This document shows positions 51,901 to 64,000 of a stretch of 64,000 bases of DNA, one piece after another. Where the stretch lies: NCBI RefSeq assembly GCF_006345805.1, contig NC_043007.1, positions 74,028,001-74,092,000 on the forward strand, written 5' to 3'. Source of the DNA: Octopus sinensis. Lineage: Eukaryota. The notes beneath the pieces are model-generated. The model was not told where the DNA came from. It worked only from the letters and a program-made list of their open reading frames with translations, and searched no databases. The stretch's first letter is position 1; each line of letters begins with the position of its first letter. Both the position numbers and the translations under genes were made by a program.

Positions 51901-52295
51901 AAATAAAGCATTTTATTAAGAATATATAAATTCTTCCTTGCATCGGTTATCTTCTGCGCATTGCCTCACCATTTATCAGTTACGGCCACATAACTAATAA
52001 AACTTTACATCAATCACCTTAAAACTTACCTCCGAAACAACTGTCATATCGTGTTGATAAGTTATAGAGAACAAGCGATTGGTACTGCCATTTACTAAGG
52101 AAACTGTATAAATCATATTTACTCGTCTGTATTTTTGTCCCACCTTAGTTTTAGCTTTACTCCTTACACAAGTCGCAACACAGCTTTGTTTTTGTTTTTT
52201 GTTTTTCTCATTTAAAAACCAAATATGAAATAAAGCGACTTCTTTCGCGTGTAAAAAAATGTATTTCTTACCATTATACAGGTATCAGTTAATAA

Positions 52296-52515
52296 TGGTT
52301 TCGATTTTTGGCACAAGGCCAGTACGTTCGGGAGAGAGGTTAAGTCGGTGACATCGACCCCATTGCTCAACTGGTGCTTATTTAATCGGCCCCGAAAGGA
52401 TGGCAAGCACAGTTGACCTCGGTGGAATTTGAACTCAAGACGTGAAGGCGGACGAAATAAGCATTCGCTAAGCATTTCACCCGGCGTGCTAATGGTTCTT
52501 TTAATTCGCCTCCTT
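52296..52515 (-). mobile_element. SINE B2
   Basis: TTTTGGCACAAGGCC tail; GGAATTTGAACTC B-box region. Confidence 0.8.
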
Positions 52516-53112
52516 AGATATCGGTTAATAATCTTACTGGAAATTGTAAGTGTGTGGAATTCATTGTCACCAATTAAGATAATTGGCTTTAATTATATAA
52601 AAAAAAACTTGGCAGTACTAGGACTTGTATTGAAATGATCTTATGGTTGTGACCCAGGAGGGTCATTATGCCGATAATACACGCGCACTGGTTCTATTTC
52701 ACTTCTTTATTTTATTTGTCAATTGTATAACTATTTAACCAATTAACTAATCGACTGTTTGATTAATCACTCGGTGAATCAATCAATCAGGTTTATTAAA
52801 ATCCTTTCGTTGCCATCCGTAACCTTTTCAATTACATAATGTTTCTATTCCAATTCTGCTTCAGGTCATAATACGTTTCAACAAACAAGGTCACATCAAG
52901 AATCTTGCTAGTCCAACACAATGTCCAATTATTAAGATTAGGGAGAAAAAAATAAAGGTCCTCGAAAAATATTTGGGAATATATTTTGGAACTTGTGTTT
53001 CCCTCCGTATTCCCTACCCCCATTCAGAAAACTCAAAGCAAAAAAGAAAAAAGAAAGAATTGAAAATAAAAACATATTTTTTTGCATTATGATATTCATA
53101 GTGGACACATTT

Positions 53113-54175
53113 AAGGCGGTGAGTTGGCAGAATCGTTAGCACACCGGGCGAAATGCTTAGCAGTATTTCGTCCGCCGAAGTCGACTTTGCCTTTCATCCT
53201 TTCGGGGTCGATTAAATAAATACCAGTTACGCACTGGGGTCGATATAATCGACTTAAACCGTTCGTATGTCCTTGTTTGTCCCCTCTGTGTTTAGCCCCT
53301 TGTGGGTAGGAAAGAGATAGGTATTTCGTCAGCCGCTACATTCTGAGTTCAAATTCCGCCGGGGTCGACTTTGCCTTTCATCCTTTCGGGGTCGATAAAT
53401 TAAATACCAGTTACGCATTGGAGTCGACGTAATCGACTTAATCCCTTTGTCTGTCCTCGTTTGTCGCCATTGTGTTTAGCGTCTTGTGGGCAATAAAGAA
53501 ATATATTAATATTTCGTTTAAATACTTTTAAAAAAAGGCGGCGAGCGGGCAGAAACGTTCGCATGCCGGACGAAATGCGTAGCCGTATTTCGTCTGCCGT
53601 TACGTTCTGAGTTCAAATTCCACCGAGGTCGACTTTGCCTTTCGTCCTTTCGGGGTCGATAAATTAAGTACCAGTTACGCACTGCGGTCGATATAATCGA
53701 CTTAATCCGTTTGCCTGTCCTTGTTTGTCCTCTCTGTGTTTAGCCCCTTGTGGGTAGTAAAGAAATAGGAATTTGTTACGGCTTTTTACTATCTCAGTTC
53801 AAATTCTACCGAGGTCGATTTTGCCCTCTCATCCTTTCGGGGTTCGATGAAATCATCATCAGTTAAACTCTGTGGGTAAATGTAATAAAATTCCCCATCC
53901 CCTGTAAGTCACTGGCCTTGTGCCAAATTTAGAAAAAGTTATATGTTGTTTTAAAGTGAAGTGCTGGCAGAATCATTAATGTCATCGAACGAAATGCTTA
54001 GTCGCATTTCTTCCGGCTCTTGACTGTCTGAGTTCTCAAATCCCTCTGAGGTCAGCTTTGCCTTTTATCGTTTCAGTGTAGAGAAAGCAAGAACAAGTTG
54101 AGCCACAAGGGTCGATCTAATCGAACAACCCCTGCCCTCAAAATTGCTGGCCTGTTGCCAAAATTAGAAACCATT
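53113..54175 (+). mobile_element. SINE B multimer (three B units) and two B2 units
   Basis: Junction AAAGAGATAGGTATTTCG near 53313; new head at 53537; B2 tails near 53920 and 54155. Confidence 0.85.
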
Positions 54176-54837
54176 ATCTCTCGTGGTTTGTGTGGAAGAA
54201 AATAATTAGGCTACCGTTGAAGAAATTCCCTGGTATTGTATCGATTGCTGGTTCGATCTGTTTCATTAACTGATCGATTCAGTATGAGGCTACAATCACA
54301 GTTCCTACACTGCATTCACTAAATCATGAAAAATATTCTTCATTTATCGACTCTGCAAAATGTCTGAATATCCATTCAGACTTTCACGCGACAATTACAA
54401 ACAATCTTGGGGGTCTTTTGTGTATTTATTTATTTATTTATTTATTTATTTATATGAAATCTGTCTGGATTGAAATCTGTGTAAATATTTGTTTATTGGC
54501 ATGAATAGTTCGAACAACATTGAATTGCAGCATATTCAGAACGGTGTCATCTATCTTGCTGTCAAAATGCGAGGAATGTGAGAGTTTTAAGGAGAGCTAT
54601 ACAAAAGTTCACTGGCACAATATCAATATTTGAGAATATCGATCACAGGTCTTATGCTAATACATGCTGTATTTACACTAGTATCTGTTGCGTTATTTTA
54701 TACAAAGAAATTGCTGGGGTAGACGGGACAAGTTTGAATATGAAAGGAAAACTTTTTACCAAGATTCAACACTTGTCTAGTGATGCGACTTACACATGTG
54801 TGCGATGTGTACATGAGTAAATATTCTTATATTTTGT

Positions 54838-55030
54838 TTACTTAATTTCATTCATTTGATTGCGGCCATGCTGGAGCCCCGCCTTAAATGGTTTTAGTGG
54901 AAGAAATCGACCCCGGAACTTATTTCTTGTAAGCCTAGTACTTATTCTATCGGTCTGTTTTGCCGAACCACTAAGTTACGGGGACGTAAACAAGCCAACA
55001 TCGGTTGTCAAGCGACAGTAGGCGAGAGGA

Positions 55031-55088
<58 letters not shown>

Positions 55089-55252
55089 CGACGAGTTTCT
55101 TTCAGTTTCCATCTACCAAATCCACTCACAAAACTTTGGTCGGCCCGAGGCTATAGCAGACGGCACTTCACCAAGGGGCCACGCAGTGGCACTGAATCCA
55201 GAACCATGTGGTAGGGAAACAAGCTTCTTACCACACAGCCACGCCTGCACCT
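54838..55252 (-). mobile_element. SINE A
   Basis: Family A on minus strand. Confidence 0.88.
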
Positions 55253-55323
55253 GGATATGGTAACTGTTTTTAAGTAGCTGTTATGTCTAGGAAATATTTT
55301 TACTCATTTCTTTTCTTTTATCT

Positions 55324-55688
55324 ATTACCTCCGTCATAGCGAAGGTGGCGGTATTGTTTCAGTCATGTTTGTTTGTTTGTTTGTTTGTCCTTGGACAAGA
55401 TATCTCAAGAATCGCTTGATGGATTCGGATGAAACTTTTATGGCTGTTTGTCCTCGTGACTGGCACGAACTGATTAGATTTTGGGTAGATTCGGTACCGG
55501 ACAAGGGTTCTGGATTATTTTTCCTGTTTTCTTTACTTAATTTTCGGTTCATTTTTAGTATTCTCGTTTGTGGGAGCAGTCAAGTTTATTTCAGATATTC
55601 TCATTTTAAAAATCATCTCTGGCTAATCGTTGAGAGGACGTTGGTGTTACCTTGCCGGAGGTTTACGTTTCTCTGCAGGCTCTTGTTT
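55324..55688 (+). mobile_element. Helentron-associated (HINE/DINE-1-like) element
   Basis: Subterminal inverted repeats ACCTCCGTCA / TGCCGGAGGT, (GTTT)n near the 5' end, T-rich flanks, no clear TSD. Confidence 0.65.
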
Positions 55689-55784
55689 ATTTTGTATTCA
55701 GTCCTGAAACTCACAAGGCCGGCTACCCGATTTTCATAATATATAAACGTCCGAGATCACATGAAATAAAACTGAATAACGACT

Positions 55785-55956
55785 ACATACATACATACAT
55801 ACATACATACATACATACATACATACATACCTCATACATCATACATACATCATACATACATACATACATACATACATACATACATACATACATACATCAT
55901 CATACATACATACATACATCATACATACATACATCATACATACATACATACATACA

Positions 55957-55987
<31 letters not shown>

Positions 55988-56135
55988 CATACATACATAC
56001 ATACATACATACATACAACATACATCATACATACTACATACATACATACATACATACATCATACATACATACATCTACATACATACATACATACTACATA
56101 CATCCACATACATACTACATACATACATACATACA
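55785..56135. repeat. (TACA)n compound microsatellite
   Basis: Direct inspection. Confidence 0.95.
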
Positions 56136-56409
56136 TAGTTTATTTCAACTGAATTCCTCACTGGCTACTCGAGGGCATTGCCTCAAGAAATTCTCAAGAT
56201 GCGGCAAAAGGATAAACTTTGAATATACCTTATTCTCTTCAAAACATACCGAGTTTTCTTTTTTCCTGGTTTCCTCCATCTAACAATTCTCTATTCACTG
56301 AGAGTGCCGTAGGGGTAGAGTCTTCAGGCACCTCCTGCATAGGGTTCTCTCCGAAGCAACCGTCATTACAATTTCCTGCTGGATTCTCAAGCATGATCAG
56401 TTAAGATTA

Positions 56410-56520
56410 TGGATATTATCGAACCATCTCGTTCTTCGTTTACCCTTAGGTTTCCTACCGGTTGACTGGGCCTGAAGAATCCATCTTGCGATCCTTTATT
56501 ATGACATTCTAATCACATGT
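56410..56520 (-). pseudogene. RTE LINE C-terminal relic
   Basis: Minus-strand HVIRM..RIARWILQAQSTGRKPKGKRRTRWFDNI resembles the GHVLR..GxRxRGRPxxRWxDxI motif. Confidence 0.7.
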
Positions 56521-56741
56521 TTTTAAGGAATACTGGAGCTGCGAAGTAACGGCTCGATCTGGAGAAACTCACTGATCTCGGAGCTATGCATTCAGTCGAG
56601 TGACTTAACCCCAGAGGCACTTCGGAGGGAATCGATTTTTGCCGTACGTATTCGCGATCGTACACTTTTGACTGTTACCCTACATTCTTGTTTGCGTATA
56701 CTATGTGTGTGTATGTGCGTGTGCGTGCGCGTGCACAACAT

Positions 56742-56968
56742 ATCTATTTCTTTACTACCCATAAGGGGATAAACACAGAGAGGACAAACAAGGAGAGACA
56801 AACGGATTAAGTCGATTATATCGACCCCAGTGCGTAAGTGGTACTTAATTTATCGACCCCAAAAGGATGAAAGGCAAAGTCGACCTCGGCAGAATTTGAA
56901 CTCAGAACGTAACGGCAGACGAAATACGGCTACGCATTTCGCCCGGCGTGCTAACGTTTCTGCCAGCT
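56742..56968 (-). mobile_element. SINE B
   Basis: Family B on minus strand. Confidence 0.9.
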
Positions 56969-57664
56969 ATACAACCGTGTCGTGTCAAAGTGCAACTTAG
57001 CGATTTGACGAACGTCTTCAATAAATTAGGTATAATTACAGATATAATTACTGCTGGGGGGGGGGGGATTTGGTCGATTAAATCCTCGAAGTTGAGAACA
57101 TCTCCATTACTGCAATCCAGTGGTTGAACCATTAACTAAAGAATAAGGAATAAAGACTAAAAAATATGAAGAAATCCTTCTGAAAGGCAATATTTAGTTA
57201 GCATTCCCTGGATTCAAATCCCGTCAAGGATCGATAAAATAGCTATCAATCATTGTAGAATAGATTGTATCAAATGTAAACCATCTATATAAATATTATG
57301 ATTTCGTGCCAACGTAACAAATCATTATATTTTATGTAAGATAGAGGTAGGGAATTTGGCAAGGTAGAGCCAATGCACCATTATATCTAATTTCACAGCT
57401 CAATTCCACAATCCCATGTCGTTGATTATTTTATGAAATAAATTCATTATTTATTATTAAAGAAAATGCAAGAAGTAGCAGCGCCTAGAATTTCTAATTT
57501 TCTCTATCGTTGATCTTATTACTCTCTGTACGTGACTGCAGTACATTCATAGAGCTAATAACAGCTATATAACTTAAATCTATATATATATACATTATTC
57601 TTAACTGGCCCAAATTTCGAAGCCATTGTTTTTAATACTACTGAACATAAATGCAAACATTGAC

Positions 57665-57711
57665 TGAACTTATCTATCTAACTATCTATCTGTCCATCCA
57701 TCTATCCATCC

Positions 57712-57753
<42 letters not shown>

Positions 57754-57796
57754 ATATCTATCTATCTATCTATCTATCTATTATCTATCTATCTAT

Positions 57797-57841
<45 letters not shown>

Positions 57842-57904
57842 ATCTACTATCTATCTCTCTCTCTATCTATCTATCTATCTATCTATCTCTCTCTCTCTCT
57901 CTCT

Positions 57905-57941
<37 letters not shown>

Positions 57942-57950
57942 ATATATATA
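57665..57950. repeat. (TCTA)n/(TC)n/(TA)n block
   Basis: Direct inspection. Confidence 0.95.
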
Positions 57951-58211
57951 TGCTTGCTTTTATGTTCAGTTGTATTAATAACAATTTTACATTAAACTGA
58001 TGATGTGTACGCTGTCGAGTACAAGTTTATTATTCTTACAGAAGACTATTACTGACAGTGATTAGATTTACAAAGAAAAGCTCTGGGGTCGATTTCTTCG
58101 ACTAAAGGAGGTGCTCCAGCATGACCGCAGTCAATGACTGAAACAAGTAAAGGATACAAGATATATATATATATATATATAATATATAATATATATATAT
58201 ATTATATATAT

Positions 58212-58612
58212 AAGCTGTGGTTGTGTGGTAAGAAGTTGCTTCCCAACTACATGGTTCCAAGTTTAGTTCCACTTCGTGGCACCTTGGGCAAGTGTTTTCT
58301 ACTATAGCCTCGGGCTGACCAAATCCTTGTGACTGGATTTAGTAGACGGAAAGTGAAAGAATCCCGTAAAATGAAAGACGTTTGTCACATGTATGTGTGT
58401 GTTTCTTTGCGTATGTTTGTCCCCCATCACTGCTTGACAGCCGGTATTGGTATGTTTTCGTCCCTGAAAACTTAACGATTCTGCAAAAGAAACTGGTAGA
58501 ATTAGTGCCAGGCTTTACACAAAATAATAAGTACTGGGGTTGATAAGTTCGACTAAAATTCTTCAAGGCCGTACCCCAGTATGGCCGTAGTGTAGTAACT
58601 GAAACACGTATA
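58212..58612 (+). mobile_element. SINE A, older copy
   Basis: Family A motifs. Confidence 0.8.
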
Positions 58613-59384
58613 AACTATATATATATATATATTATATATATATATTATATATATATAAATTGATCAAAATAAAAACATGATGCCAAGGATTCAGCGGTAC
58701 ATATGTTTTGGGCCTTTATTAGACAGATTTATAACAATGCATAATGTATGTCTGTGGCCTTCTTCAGCCGCGCACAACAGCTCCCACAAGGACATGTGTT
58801 ACATCAAATTCTTGGTTGGGGATGCAAATCCTCTCATTCGCGTACGACATAATGCGGCAACAGCTAGAATTGAAGCGTCCATCTCTTTCTTCTCTCAATG
58901 TAGAATGAGGAAATTTGGATGTTGAAGTAATGTAAATAAATTAATAAATAAATACATATATAGACGTGAAGGAACCTGGTAATAAGAGTAAATAGGGGTA
59001 AAGATGGAGGGGCGAGAATTCAGGACGAAGGATAAAAAGTATAGAAAAAGTGTAAGTATAGAAAAATATAAAAATGTAGAGTATAAAGATATAAAGAGAT
59101 ATAAGGAGATATAAAGGGGATATAAAGAATATAAAAAAATATAAATGAATATAAAGGTATAAAGTTATAAAGTAAGAATAGAAATAGAAATAAAAGTAAA
59201 AAAATAAAAATAGGAATAAAAATGATAAAAAATGTAAAAAATATAAGGATAAGGGATTATAGTGGTTACGGACCAAACATGGTGGTCAGGAAAATGACAA
59301 AATTTAGTTGTAGAAGTTTTGGGTGTCAATAAATCAACAGGAGCGTCTGGGGACCTAGTGTATTGTAAATCGGAGCTGTTGGAC

Positions 59385-59708
59385 AGCTAATCTAGTTCCT
59401 TTGAATTAAGTGGTCATCTTGTACATACATACCAGCATGGATACATACACCCATATACACGCGCATACATATATAAGCATACATGTATGCTTATATGCTT
59501 GGAGCTGTGTATGCGCGCGTGTATATGGGTGTATGTATCCATGCTGGTATGTATGTACAAGATGACCACTTAATTCAAAGGAACTAGATTAGCTACCCAA
59601 TGTATGCTTATATGCTTGGAGCTGTGTATGCGCGCGTATATATGGGTGTATGTATCCATGCTGGTATGTATGTACAAGATGACCACTTAATTCAAAGGAA
59701 CTAGATTA
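59385..59708. repeat. Spacer-less palindrome plus tandem copy of a 117-nt unit
   Basis: Symmetry centre ACA|TGT at 59483/59484; unit 59484-59600 repeats at 59601-59708. Confidence 0.9.
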
Positions 59709-59711
59709 TGC

Positions 59712-59748
<37 letters not shown>

Positions 59749-59894
59749 ATATAATTGAACATATTCATTTATATATAGAGGGCATTATTATACATACATG
59801 CCACACGCTAAGAGGGACAAAATTAGTCATTTCTACAAAAATTTTACTAATCCCACCGAATGCAATTTTTCAAAGTAAGACATTTAAAAATATG

Positions 59895-59941
59895 GACTTG
59901 TATCACCTGTGATTTCATACCTCTGTATTCATCAGCAAGTC
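59895..59941 (-). ncRNA. Type I hammerhead ribozyme, intact core (inverted copy)
   Basis: Exact reverse complement of 60535-60581. Confidence 0.88.
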
Positions 59942-60534
59942 TGGACGTATCATAAATAAACGAACCCAACTCGTCTAAGCCGAGCAACTATCTGATCAAC
60001 TTCAACGAAGCACATGGGTGGGTTTACATATATTACATCCGGTAAATGGCAGACTTTTACGAATTGCATTTCGGGAAAGGAAAAGTTTTTTCGGAATAAA
60101 AATTTAGCAATTAAGGACAACTTCTTAATAAGGAAAACTTAACAAGAAATTATCGGGTAGATAGCGTGAAAAAAAATTTTTGGTAGAAATGACTAATTTT
60201 GTCCCTCTTAGCGTGTGGCATGTATGTATAATAATGCCCTCTATATATAAATTAATATGTTCAATAAGAAAGAATTATTTTCGAAATTTTTTCTTTTATG
60301 AGGTTTTTCACGCTATCTACCCGATAATTTCTTGTTAAGTTTTCCTTATTAAGAAGTTGTCCTTAATTGCTAAATTTTTATTCCGAAAAAACTTTTCCTT
60401 TCCCGAAATGCAATTCGTAAAAGTCTGCCATTTACCGGATGTAATATATGTAAACCCACCCATGTGCTTCGTTGAAGTTGTCAGATAGTTGCTCGGCTTA
60501 GACGAGTTGGGTTCGTTTATTTATGATACGTCCA

Positions 60535-60581
60535 GACTTGCTGATGAATACAGAGGTATGAAATCACAGGTGATACAAGTC
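60535..60581 (+). ncRNA. Type I hammerhead ribozyme, intact core
   Basis: GACTTG-CTGATGA-ATAC(AGAG)GTAT-GAA-ATCAC(AG)GTGAT-A-CAAGTC; stem I 6 bp, stem II 4 bp, stem III 5 bp; AUA cleavage predicted after 60575. Confidence 0.88.
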
Positions 60582-60772
60582 CATATTTTTAAATGTCTTA
60601 CTTTGAAAAATTGCATTCGGTGGGATTAGTAAAATTTTTGGTAGAAAGACTATTTTGTCCCTCTTAGCGTGTGGCATGTATGTATAATAATGCCCTCTAT
60701 ATATATGAATGAATATGTTCAACTATATATATAATATATATAATTATTATTAATATATTATATATATTATTA

Positions 60773-61072
60773 TAGGCGCAGAAGTGGCTATGTGGTAAGA
60801 AGCTTATTTCACAACCAATGCTTCTGGGTTCAGTCCCACTGCGTGGCCACTTCACTTTAGGCAGGTCTTCTACATACCCTCGAGCCGACCAAAGCCTTGT
60901 AAGTGGAATTGGTAGACGGAAACTGAAAGAAGCCCGTCGTATATATATATCTATATATATAATATATTATATAGTTCTAGGCTTTCAAGGAGTTAGTCCT
61001 GGGCTCGATTTGTTCGACTAAAGGTGGTGCCCCAGTATGGCAGGAGTCAAATGACTGAAACAAGTAAAAAGA
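60773..61072 (+). mobile_element. SINE A with internal deletion
   Basis: Head and tail present; middle of the 3' body missing. Confidence 0.85.
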
Positions 61073-61243
61073 AATACACCCACACACGTACGCATATATT
61101 TATGCATACATATATGTGTACACATATATACATACTACAAATACATATATATTATATATATATATTAGTATATATATGTATATATATGTAATATATATAT
61201 ATATGTATATATATATATCTATATATATATATATTATATATAT

Positions 61244-61321
<78 letters not shown>

Positions 61322-61594
61322 TAGATAGATAGATAGAATTAAGGTGTTAAAAACCTATTGTATGCAAATTAGTAGCACCACTTCTCTGAAGCTGTTGGTT
61401 TTGATGCGTATATAAAGAGACTGGCTACCCGTTTATTTTCAATTGGTTAAGTGATGTGGCCACGTCATGAGAGCCTACTAAATTTCGATGAAGGGTGTTT
61501 ATCGCTTTTTTTTCGTTTTACTTTTTTTCCTCTCAGTTACTATAGAAATAGTTAAATTTGTCATATTTGTATGTCTGCTCCGTAAGTTTATACT

Positions 61595-61973
61595 CTTTTA
61601 TTCTTTACCTATTTCAGTTGTCAGACTGCGGCCGTGCTGGAGTGCCGCCTTGAAGGGTTCTAGACAAGCAAATCGAGCCCATGACTCTTTTTAAAGCCTA
61701 CGGTCACTTTTGCCGAACCGCTAAGTTACGGAGACGTAAACACACTAACACCTGTTGGCAAGCGATGATGGAGGGACAAACAAAGACACACATACACCCA
61801 CCCACACACACACACGACGGGCTTATTTCAGTTTCTGTCTACCAAATTCACTCACAAGCCTTTGGTTTTCCCGAGGCTCTAGTAGAAGACACTTACCCAA
61901 AGTGCTATGCAGTGGAACTGAACCCAGAACCATGTGGTTGGGAAGGAAGCTTCTTACCACACAGTTACGCCGG
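61595..61973 (-). mobile_element. SINE A
   Basis: Family A on minus strand. Confidence 0.85.
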
Positions 61974-61979
61974 CTGAGT

Positions 61980-62130
61980 CTGATATATATATATATGTCT
62001 ATATATACATATATTATATATATATATATCTATATATATGTCTATATATATATATGTATATTATATATGTATATATATTATATATGTATATATATTATAT
62101 GTATAATATATATAATATGTATAAGATATA

Positions 62131-62174
<44 letters not shown>

Positions 62175-62184
62175 GTATATATAA

Positions 62185-62222
<38 letters not shown>

Positions 62223-62241
62223 ATATGTATAATATAATATG

Positions 62242-62275
<34 letters not shown>

Positions 62276-62451
62276 TATATATATGTATATATATGTATAT
62301 TATATATATATGTATATATTATATGTATATAGATGTATATAGTATATATATAATATATGTATATTATATATGTAATATATATATATTATATATATATATA
62401 TGTATATTATATATATATATGTTATATATATATATATATGTAATATATATA

Positions 62452-62506
<55 letters not shown>

Positions 62507-62560
62507 AGTATATATAATATATAATATATGTGTGTGTGGGTGTGTGTGGTGTGTGTGGTG
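61980..62560. repeat. Long (TA)n-rich low-complexity tract
   Basis: About 550 bp, almost only A/T with scattered G. Confidence 0.95.
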
Positions 62561-63289
62561 GGTGTTTGTGTGGTAGACCCTATTGAATAAATATTTTTAC
62601 AAATTTTCAAATAGAATAATGTTTATAACATAAAAACAGATAGAGCTGTGTATTAAAAGAAAAATTAAAACTTAAAAGTGTTACATTTAAGGTTGTTGGT
62701 TGTGCAACTCCTCTTTTTAAATAAAATTGTGAACGTACATAAAAGGGGAAGGTAGAATAATTCATTGACTGTTTCAGATAAAGAAATAAGGCATTTGTTT
62801 ATTTTTTTTAGCATCGTGTCTACTTTAAAGATATTACTTTGAAAAATTGTCTGACTGTAAAAGCTTTCGATTGAATCATTATAGTTGAAAACTCATTTAT
62901 GACTGTAACCGAACAAAATGCTGCAGTGAATATTATTATAAGGGGGAAAAAAATCAATGTAATCGTTAACTAGTATTAGATGTGAAGATTTATACAGCAT
63001 ACAGAAGCAGTATTATCATTTCTTGAAATAAATCTATAACCATCAAGCTATTTCCAGTTGTCTCAGCGTGCATTGTATGTAGCTGTACTAATAAATAATG
63101 ATTTCTTATTTATTTCATTATGAATAATGATTTGAAACCTTGGTCTAGGTCACATATTTCTGAAAGAGGGTACATCCAATTGAATTGACCCCCACCACCA
63201 TCACTGCTGATTAACGACTATTTATTTACTGGTTCCAAGATATGAAAAACTCAGATAGCCTTATTAATAATGCTGTCCAGTTATTCTCT

Positions 63290-63490
63290 CTAGTTTTGAC
63301 ACAAGGCCAGCAATCTTGAGGGGGGATTCTTAAGTTAATTACATCGACTTGTACTTTATTTTATCGACCGAGAAAGGACGAGAAGGCAAAGCTGACCTCG
63401 ACGGAATTTGAACTTAGAGCCTAATAAGCCATAAAAGAAAAAACAACCGCTAGGCATTTTGCCGGACGCGCTAACGATTCTGCCATCTAA
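63290..63490 (-). mobile_element. SINE B2
   Basis: TTTTGACACAAGGCC tail; CGGAATTTGAACTTAGAG. Confidence 0.75.
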
Positions 63491-63567
63491 TAATAGACAC
63501 AGGCCCGCCACTTCAGTACTAGAGGTACTTTATTTCATGATTGGTAACTATAACCTTATCGGATTTT

Positions 63568-63803
63568 AAGGCGGCGAGCTGGCAGACACGTTAGCGCGCC
63601 GGGCGAAGTGCTTAGCCGTATTTCATCCGCCGTTACGTTCTGAGTTCAAATTCCGCCGAGGTCGACTTTGCCTTTCATCCTTTCGGGGTCGATAAATTAA
63701 GTACCAGTTACGCACTGGGGTCGATGTAATCGACTTAATCCGTTAGTCTGTCCTTGTTTGTCCCTTCTGTGTTTAGCCCCTTGTGGGTAGTAAAGAAATA
63801 AAA
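63568..63803 (+). mobile_element. SINE B, full length, flanked by a 76-bp direct duplication
   Basis: Flanks 63492-63567 and 63804-63879 match with 3 substitutions. Confidence 0.92.
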
Positions 63804-64000
63804 AATAGACACAAGACCGCCACTTCAGTACTAGAGGTACTTTATTTCATGATTGGTAACTCTAACCTTATCGGATTTTGATCCTAGGTTGTAAAGAAAT
63901 GTGACTAAAGAATACACGGCATTTTGTTCTACCTTCTACAGTTCGGTCGGTAAAAACTCGCTTTCAACAGCGATTCAAATTTGGAAAATTTTAATTTATT

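Larger units (their letters stand above)
59755..60722. mobile_element. PLE-like terminal element: inverted ~420-bp arms and an internal tail duplication
   Basis: Arms 59755-60173 and 60304-60722 are near-perfect reverse complements; 60174-60265 repeats 60631-60722; (TA)n on both flanks. Confidence 0.85.

Noticed and set aside
54578-58925. Non-repeat ORFs 54578-54820 and 58677-58925
   Set aside because: Short, no recognisable domain, no supporting splice pattern.

Overview
AT-rich, repeat-saturated animal genomic DNA. The repeat families resemble those of Octopus or another coleoid cephalopod (inference from repeat style, not a database match). There is one 100-N scaffold gap at 16018-16117. 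I found no intact protein-coding gene: nearly all ORF-track entries are microsatellite or SINE translations. The window consists of (i) about 50 copies or fragments of four tRNA-derived SINE families (my labels A-D), (ii) decayed RTE-clade LINE pieces and a hAT-like transposase relic, (iii) non-autonomous DNA elements (Merlin-like MITEs with 8-bp TSDs carrying TTAGGG repeats, Tigger-like MITEs, Helitron/Helentron-type elements) and (iv) long microsatellites. The most interesting signal is a set of about 12 type I hammerhead-ribozyme motifs from several unrelated sequence families. Four have intact catalytic cores and good stems (6892-6950 +, 12952-13008 -, and the inverted pair 59895-59941 - / 60535-60581 +). 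They lie in short elements that look like Penelope-like (PLE) termini or retrozymes, often inside (TA)n tracts. One is a ~420-bp near-perfect inverted repeat with a ribozyme on each strand, and another is a 221-nt tandem unit. All folds were read by eye, and repeat boundaries without TSDs are approximate.
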